Positions 57,175-64,000 of a stretch of 64,000 nt of DNA are shown piece after piece; position 1 is the first letter of the stretch, and every line of letters starts with the position of its first letter. The translations under genes and the position numbers were made by a program. The notes under the pieces are model-generated. The model was given only the letters and a program-made list of their open reading frames with translations. It did not search any database and was not told the origin of the DNA. Source of the stretch: an uncultured virus (IMG/VR IMGVR_UViG_2061766007_000557) (taxonomy: Duplodnaviria; Heunggongvirae; Uroviricota; Caudoviricetes); the IMG/VR virus record IMGVR_UViG_2061766007_000557. The stretch is one strand, 5' to 3'.

Positions 57175-58170
57175 ATGTTTTTAAGTGTAATTATCTCTTG
57201 TCACAATTGCAAACCTTATATTAGACGTGTATTGAATTCTTTAGTTCTTCAAGAATTCGATGATATGGAAGTAATCATATCTGATGATCATTCTACTGAT
57301 GGATTTATGGAAGAAGTAGAAAAATATAAAGGGTTATTAGATATCAAGTATTTCCTTACAGAAGAACACAAATATCATTGTCCTGGTAATACTAGACTCG
57401 ATGGATGGAGTCATGCTATAGGCGATTGGATCACATTCATTGATCACGATGATGAATTCTTACCAGGAGCTTTTAATCAAGTGAAAACTCAATTAGAAGC
57501 AAACTCACAATATAATATTCCTTTTGTTTTCTCACCTGTACAAAGAGTAGATGCTAATGGAAATACAACTTTATTAGATGCAGTTACTTGGTTACATGGT
57601 AATTTTTATAAAAGATCTTTCTTACTTGAGAATGATATTGATTTCAAAGAAGATCTTTTCGGAAACGAGGATTTATATTTCAATAATCTTGTTAATGGAA
57701 CTATAGCAGGTAAAGGATTATCTATTTTAAAATTAAGTAATCCGGTTTATAAATGGATTTGTAATAAAGATTCTCTTTCTAATAGTAAAGTAGGGGATTT
57801 AGATTACACAGAAAAATACTTCGGAGATTATCTTATCTCAAACTCTGAACCGCATATTATCTGTTACAATAAGTTTCCAAATCAGCAAGAACACTTTAAA
57901 CGTGAATTAACACAAGCAATTCTGTATACATATTTCTATTATCAAAGAGCTCTTTACAACAATGGTAAAAAGAAAGTAACTCAAATGTATACAGACATTG
58001 TAAACACATATAAGAAAATACTAGCTGCTTTAAATATCACAACTAAAGACATACTTAAAGAATTTGAAGCAGATGTGACTCGATACAATGCTGCCAGACA
58101 AGTTATTACACAACTCAGTGGTAGTTTTATTGAATCTCAATCAATTTCACAATTTTTAAAAGGATTATAA
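57175..58170 (+). CDS. Glycosyltransferase family 2 (B copy)
   Basis: LSVIISCHN, SDDHSTD, GDWITFIDHDD, NEDLYFN. Confidence 0.9.
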   Translation: MFLSVIISCHNCKPYIRRVLNSLVLQEFDDMEVIISDDHSTDGFMEEVEKYKGLLDIKYFLTEEHKYHCPGNTRLDGWSHAIGDWITFIDHDDEFLPGAFNQVKTQLEANSQYNIPFVFSPVQRVDANGNTTLLDAVTWLHGNFYKRSFLLENDIDFKEDLFGNEDLYFNNLVNGTIAGKGLSILKLSNPVYKWICNKDSLSNSKVGDLDYTEKYFGDYLISNSEPHIICYNKFPNQQEHFKRELTQAILYTYFYYQRALYNNGKKKVTQMYTDIVNTYKKILAALNITTKDILKEFEADVTRYNAARQVITQLSGSFIESQSISQFLKGL

Positions 58171-58173
58171 TAA

Positions 58174-58476
58174 ATGGCTACTATTAATAAAATTAAAGTT
58201 GGAAATACAACTTATAATCTTGGTGAAGGCGGCGGAGGCGGAGGATCTGCTCTGCTAGAAGAATTCTTCGGTGTCTATGAAGATGACGGAAAAGTAATGG
58301 TACAAGTTCCAGATGGTGAAGACTATCAAGTAATACCAGCAGATCTTATGACTGAACAAGAAGTATATGATATACTTGAAGACATAATGCAAGGTATAGA
58401 TTATGATTTAACATCAGTGTAGGCAGCAGCAATAACTACTGAAACAGAAAGTATTATTCACCCAGTTGAAAGCTAA
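58174..58476 (+). CDS. Small protein with a fibre-type N-terminus
   Basis: MATINKIKVGNTTYNL resembles the starts at 54390 and 59952. Confidence 0.55.
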
Positions 58477-58585
58477 AATCTTAAATAGTATGGAAAATAT
58501 TAGAAAACTATTTGACAACTTTTTATTCCGCGTCATGGCGACGTGGTTCGGCGTGTATATCAAAGACAAAATCCANNNNNNNNNN

Positions 58586-58949
58586 TGTAATGAGTATTAA
58601 AGAACATTTCTACGATCATTTAGAAGCTTCTTTAATTCCTTGGACTATAATTGCTTATCCTGATCAAACTCAAGAAGTATTTGAATGGTATAGATATTTC
58701 TTAGTTATGGACTATTTCTTATTCCAATTCTTCTATAGTAAAGGAATAATCTTCAAAACAGATATTGTAAAAGAATCTCTTTCTAAAGTATATCAATTAT
58801 TTGGAGTAAGTATATTAGATATAATCAATAGTGTAGAATCCAATTACAAATTCTATATGGAAACATACAAAGCTGCTCAAGGAATAATTCATGAAGATTT
58901 TGTATGTCAAAATAGTTTCAGAGATTGGATGTTAAATATGTATAAATGA
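58586..58949 (+). CDS. Partial second copy of GT2-A (after an N gap)
   Basis: Nearly identical to 56840-57171. Confidence 0.65.
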
Positions 58950-58952
58950 TTT

Positions 58953-59948
58953 ATGTTTTTAAGTGTAATTATCTCTTGCCACAATTGCAAACCTTATATT
59001 AAAAAAGTATTAAATTCTTTAGTTCTTCAAGAATTTGATGATATGGAAGTAATCATATCTGATGATCATTCTACTGATGGGTTTATGGAAGAAGTAGAAA
59101 GATATAAAGGATTATTAGATATTAAATATTTCCTTACAGAAGAACACAAATATCATTGTCCTGGTAACACTAGACTTGATGGATGGAAACATGCATCTGG
59201 AGATTGGATCACATTTATAGATCATGATGATGAATTCTTACCAGGCGCTTTTAATTTAGTAAAATCTCAATTAGAAGCAAACTCACAATATAATATTCCT
59301 CTTGTTTTCTCACCAGTACAAAGAATCGATGCTGCTGGAAACACAAGTTTATTAGATGCATCTACTTGGTTACATGGAAACTTCTATAAAAGATCTTTCT
59401 TACTTGAGAATGATATTAACTTCAAAGAAGATCTTTTCGGAAATGAGGATTTATATTTCAATAATCTTGTTAATGGAACTATAACAGGTAAAGGCTATTC
59501 TATTCTAAAATTAAACGGTCCAGTTTATAAATGGATCTGTAATAAAGAATCTCTCTCAAACAAAAAAGACGGAGAACTCGAATACACAGAAAAATACTTC
59601 GGAGATTATCTTGTCTCAAACTCTGAACCACATATTATCTGCTATAATAAGTTTCCAAATCAACAAGAACACTTTAAACGTGAATTAACACAAGCAATTC
59701 TGTACACATATTTCTATTATCAAAGAGCTGTTTATAATAATGGAAAGAAAAAAGTAGCTCAAATGTATACAGATATTGTAAATACATACCACAAAATTTT
59801 ATCTGCTTTAAATATTACTACTAAAGATGTAGTAAAAGAATTTGAATCAGATGTTAAGAGATATAATGATGCTAGACAAGTTATTTGTCAATTGAGTGGG
59901 CAATTCATTGAGTCTCAATCAATTTCACAATTTTTAAAAGGATTATAA
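58953..59948 (+). CDS. Glycosyltransferase family 2 (second B copy)
   Basis: Same length as, and highly similar to, 57175-58170. Confidence 0.88.
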   Translation: MFLSVIISCHNCKPYIKKVLNSLVLQEFDDMEVIISDDHSTDGFMEEVERYKGLLDIKYFLTEEHKYHCPGNTRLDGWKHASGDWITFIDHDDEFLPGAFNLVKSQLEANSQYNIPLVFSPVQRIDAAGNTSLLDASTWLHGNFYKRSFLLENDINFKEDLFGNEDLYFNNLVNGTITGKGYSILKLNGPVYKWICNKESLSNKKDGELEYTEKYFGDYLVSNSEPHIICYNKFPNQQEHFKRELTQAILYTYFYYQRAVYNNGKKKVAQMYTDIVNTYHKILSALNITTKDVVKEFESDVKRYNDARQVICQLSGQFIESQSISQFLKGL

Positions 59949-59951
59949 TAA

Positions 59952-60692
59952 ATGGCTGCTATTAATTAGATTACTGTTGGAGAAATTACATATGATATTG
60001 GTCCAAAAAATGCGGTAGTATATAGAGGAGATGTAAATGCTTCTACTGGAGTAATTGTAGGATCAAATCCAAGCAAAACGCTAACTTCAGAAGCAGAAGA
60101 AGTTGGAGACATGTATATAGTTTCTACAGCAGGAACTATTGACGGAATAAATTTAGAAGTAGGAGATTCTATTATATTTAAAGCAGATTGTGCTGCTAGT
60201 ACAGCACCAACTTCTTCATACGTTACATTTGTTGAAAAAACAGTAGATGTTTCTATTCCGAATCCAGTACCAACTATTGGTACTAGTGATACTACATTGG
60301 CAACGGTAGAAGGAATTAATATTAAAGCTAAGTTACCTAACGATTTAGTTAGTAGTGAAACAATATCGTCTGTTGGAGATGTTACAGTTTATGTAGAATC
60401 TAAAATTCCAGTAATTGATAAAACTTCAGATTCTTCTGCTTCTTTTGTTATAGATCCAAACAAAATGTATATGTTCGGAAATAGAACAACATTAACTATT
60501 AATTTATTACCAGGAGAATCTGGTATTGTTAATGAATATATGTTCCAATTTACTAGTGGATCTATTGCCACAACACTAAATGTACCCAATAGTGTAGTTT
60601 GGTTAAAAGAACCAGATATACAAACCGGAAAGAAATATGCAGTAAGTATAGAAAATAATTTAGGAATTATAGGAGAGTGGAGCAATGAGTGA
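59952..60692 (+). CDS. Fibre-associated protein; code 15
   Basis: MAAIN*ITVGEITYDI; C-terminal PNKMYMFG..NEYMFQFTSG..T.L.VP.SV.W...P...GK.Y.VSI module. Confidence 0.7.
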
Positions 60693-61365
60693 GTTTAGAA
60701 GAAGTTTACTTGAAGCCAGTAAAAAACATAATAATATTTTTGCTGAGGCTTACTTTTATTTACCATTTAAAGATGCTCAGACGGTAATTGATGTGAATCA
60801 CGGAATAAGTCCTACAGTAAATACAGGCAGTTTGATGAGTGATGGGTATTATACTGATGGTGTCAATTAGTATTTAAGGTATAATGATAGCAATTTCATA
60901 AATTCTATAGGTAATGAAATAACAGTTTATTTGGAATTTATTCCTTATGAATTAAGTAGAAATCAATATATATTAGATATTGATAAGTTAAGCGTCTATG
61001 GCGCTAGTACCCACTTTTTAAGTTTATTTATTTATAAATCTAAAAATAATAAATTTGGACTGACACTTTGCCCCTATGATGATACAAATTATATGGATGA
61101 TGAAATATATAATTCACCAATAGTTAATTATGGCGAGCAATATAAAATAGTTATTAAATACAATAGGAATAGTGGCGTATTAAAATGTTTTATAAATGGC
61201 GCAATTTCAACATATGAAAACTTCTATTGCACCGTCCATCAAACTCAATTAGATATTGGTAGAAATTCAGGTAGAAATGATAGATATGCAAAAGCAACAT
61301 TTAAAACAGTTGCAGTTTGGGATAAAGTACTTACAGATGATGAATGCATTTCATTGACAACCTAA
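60685..61365 (+). CDS. LamG/concanavalin A-like domain protein; code 15
   Basis: ORFs 60685 and 60931 are joined by a TAG; FING..LDIG..VAVWDKVLTDDE. Confidence 0.7.
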
Positions 61366-61403
61366 TAAATAATTCTTCAAATAGAAATAACGTATAAATA
61401 ATC

Positions 61404-61745
61404 ATGATACAGACATTTCTTAAAGACGGTATTATCCGTTCATTCAAGGTAGAAAATAACAAGGTATATATAACTATAGAGTTGGATGGTTTTAAAATAA
61501 CCAATCCTTCTCTTGAGCAGTTTAAATCAACTGGATGGAAAGAATATGTATCACCCACACCAGAACCATATCTTCCAACATTAGAAGAACTTGTAGAATC
61601 AAAACTAAGAGAAAAATATTCTTTAAATCAGGAATTTGAAGTTCAAAGAAAAAGAGATATAGAGCCAGAAGCATTTCAAACATATTATAATTACGTAGAA
61701 CAATGTATAACTGAGGCTAAAAAAGAACCTCATAGAGAAGATTAA
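61404..61745 (+). CDS. Hypothetical tail-fibre-associated protein
   Basis: NPSLEQF...GW.EY; LVE..LREKYSLNQE. Confidence 0.6.
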   Translation: MIQTFLKDGIIRSFKVENNKVYITIELDGFKITNPSLEQFKSTGWKEYVSPTPEPYLPTLEELVESKLREKYSLNQEFEVQRKRDIEPEAFQTYYNYVEQCITEAKKEPHRED

Positions 61746-61746
61746 T

Positions 61747-64000
61747 ATGGCAGTAGAAATAAGACAACTAAAGGATAAAGGAACAAATACTGAATTTGTA
61801 CCAGTTACACATTGGGATGCAATAAGTAACAAGCCGACCATCCCTTCTAAAACTAGTGATCTTGCTAATGATAGTGGGTTTATAACATAGTCACAAATAC
61901 CTAATATTTCTATAACTAATTCTGGATCAGGGAATGTTGTTACCAGTGTAACAACAAATGGGCATACTGTAACTGTAAATAAAGGATCTATTGCTGATGA
62001 AAAAGTAAAAGTTTCGACATCTCCTGTAAACGCATTTTTTCCTATATTAGCTGCTGATTCTAGTAATATTACTAGTGGAAATACTTATACATCCATTTAT
62101 GATTCAGGCTTAAAAATAAATCCATATTTCCATAGTTTTGCCGAAGGATTGAGTAATACTGCATACGCACATGCATCTCATGCTGAAGGTTTAGGAACTC
62201 AAGCATTAAATGAAGCAGAGCATGCAGAAGGAACATATAATAAATCTAATAATATTTTAAATATTGAATTTATTGATTTAGGTTTACCAAGTGGAACAAA
62301 ATGGGCGAAGTATAATATTGGTGCAACTAATGGAAATACAGCAATATCTTGGTATGGAAACTATTATTCATGGGCGGAAATAAATGCAAGAACAGTAGAT
62401 TATAATGAAGGAACCTGTTAGCCACCATGTAATTGGAATAATTGTTAGTATGCCAATGGCGAATATAATAAATTAACTAAATATTGTCCTAGTGATAAAT
62501 CAAACTATTGGGACGGTGATGGGAGTCCAGATGATTTAATAAATTTGGAAGATAGTGATAATATTGCAATTTAGACTTTAGGTGGTCAATGGACTATACC
62601 TACTAAAGAACAATTACAGGAATTAATTGATGAAACAGATTATGAATGGATAACTGATTATTAGGACATATCTGGACTAAATGGTTATATATTTAGAGGT
62701 AATGGACAAGAGTTATTTTTACCAGCTGCAGGTTATTGTTACGATTCAGAGCTCAAAAATGTTGGTAATAAAGGTGAATATTGGTCTTCTAGTCTTAACG
62801 AAGATATTCCTAGCAACGCTTGGGACTTGTCCTTTTATTCTAATGACATAGACTTGAACTACTACTACCGTTACAACGGTTTTAGTATTCGTCCTGTTAT
62901 AAGTGCTTTGAACTAGAATACGTCCGAAACGAATTCTGAAACAGAAATGCACACACTACATAGTGTGGGTATTGGAACTAGTGATGAAGATCGCCGAAAT
63001 GCTATCGAAATTATGTCAAATGGCAACGTCTATATTAATGGTGTTGGGAATTATGATGGAACAAATCCAGATGAGGCTGAAACTCTTTAGAATTCATTGA
63101 CTGATTTAATTCCAATTACATATGATGATTTACTTCAAAAAGTTAATTCTAAATTATTAATTCCAGGAAAAAAATATTTAATTACTGATTATATTACAAA
63201 AATTAACAATTCAGATTTTACATCTCTTGAGAAGAAATATGATGGTATTGTGTGTGAAGCAATTTCAAATTCAAAATTGTCAAAAAATAATTGTAAAGCT
63301 TTATTTACAATACCTGGAAGTGGTTAGCAAACTACTAATGAAGATGTATATATTTGGATTGATAATTTTCCTGAAAGTATAATTGAAGATGAGCCAGATA
63401 TATTACAAAATTATCATGACGACTTTAGAAGATATTTTGAGGGCTCAAAATTACATAGACTTGGGCAGATAGAATTTGAAAATGAATCTTATTGGTTATG
63501 GGAATATGTAACAAATAATGGGCTTGGTAGTGATAATTGGCTTCCAGATGTATAGTATGCACTAACTTTAGAATCAGACTTTGAAGGAAATACATTAGTA
63601 GATGATGTTACTAATATTAATCGTCCTATTTTATATTATCTAGGATCTGATAAATCTCAAATAGACTATGGTGGAGATGGAGATAAACATGATGAATATG
63701 CATGGGTAGTTGTTAAACAAGAAAAATATACATATAACCCAACAACAATTACATCAAATACTATATATGTAGAAAAATTTTCATATGATCCATTAAGCAA
63801 TGATATAGATTAGAGTTATTATGAAGAAACTAATTTTTATGAAGAGGGAGCAGGCACAACAAATGAATATAAATTAAGAGGGACTCTTGAATGGGATGAT
63901 AATGAATATTATTTATGGGAATTAACTAGTGGACATGCAATTGATGATGATCAAACATAGTATAGTTGGATGTTAACGAAAACTGCAGATTTTACTGGTT
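61747..64000 (+). CDS. Adhesin/receptor-binding protein with YadA-head-like repeats and a DUF1566/Fib_succ_major-like (CLec-fold) domain; runs off the window; code 15
   Basis: SHAEG repeats; IDLGLPSGTKWA.YNIGA, W.IPTKEQLQEL, FLPAAG, YWSSS, RYNGFSIRPV. ORFs 62149 and 63097 share the frame. Confidence 0.75.

Noticed and set aside
58500..58585. N-terminus of listed ORF 58512-58949
   Set aside because: It crosses an N gap next to an atypical GC-rich patch; probably a scaffold junction, not a real gene start.
62746..62952. Minus-strand ORF over the DGR-like variable segment
   Set aside because: Shadow frame caused by the C-ending codon bias of the plus-strand gene.
17369..64000. Widespread pseudogenisation suggested by fragmented ORFs
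   Set aside because: Fragments stay in one frame and break only at TAG, including essential TerL and portal; recoding explains this.

Overview
AT-rich dsDNA phage segment, most consistent with a large crAss-like (Crassvirales-type) phage of a Bacteroidetes host: crAss-type terminase and portal, and TAnnTTTG promoters. The left arm (to about 15.5 kb, mostly minus strand) carries small early/accessory genes that read cleanly in the standard code, a tRNA cluster with several atypical tRNAs, and long structured non-coding tracts. It also carries a tmRNA gene interrupted in its T-loop by a group I intron with an antisense HNH-type endonuclease ORF. The right arm (from about 15.9 kb, plus strand) uses TAG as a sense codon. 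The fragments in the supplied ORF track join in frame into long genes, internal repeats align TAG with Gln, and a CUA-anticodon suppressor tRNA with a long variable arm lies at 21094-21187. Re-called in code 15, this arm encodes an ADP-ribosyltransferase-like polyvalent protein, M15 peptidases, PD-(D/E)XK and GIY-YIG/HNH/AP2 nucleases, GroEL/GroES, TerL, portal, large fibre proteins, a BspA-type LRR protein, PhoH, a Ser/Thr-rich protein next to GT2 glycosyltransferases, and an adhesin with a DGR-like variable segment. The least explained signal is a repeated unit of [AAAAGAAAGGA - unrelated ORF - stop - covarying RNA hairpin] at 13.0-14.15 kb. All calls are by eye with no database search. For the longest joined genes, frame continuity was checked by frame arithmetic and spot reading, not codon by codon.
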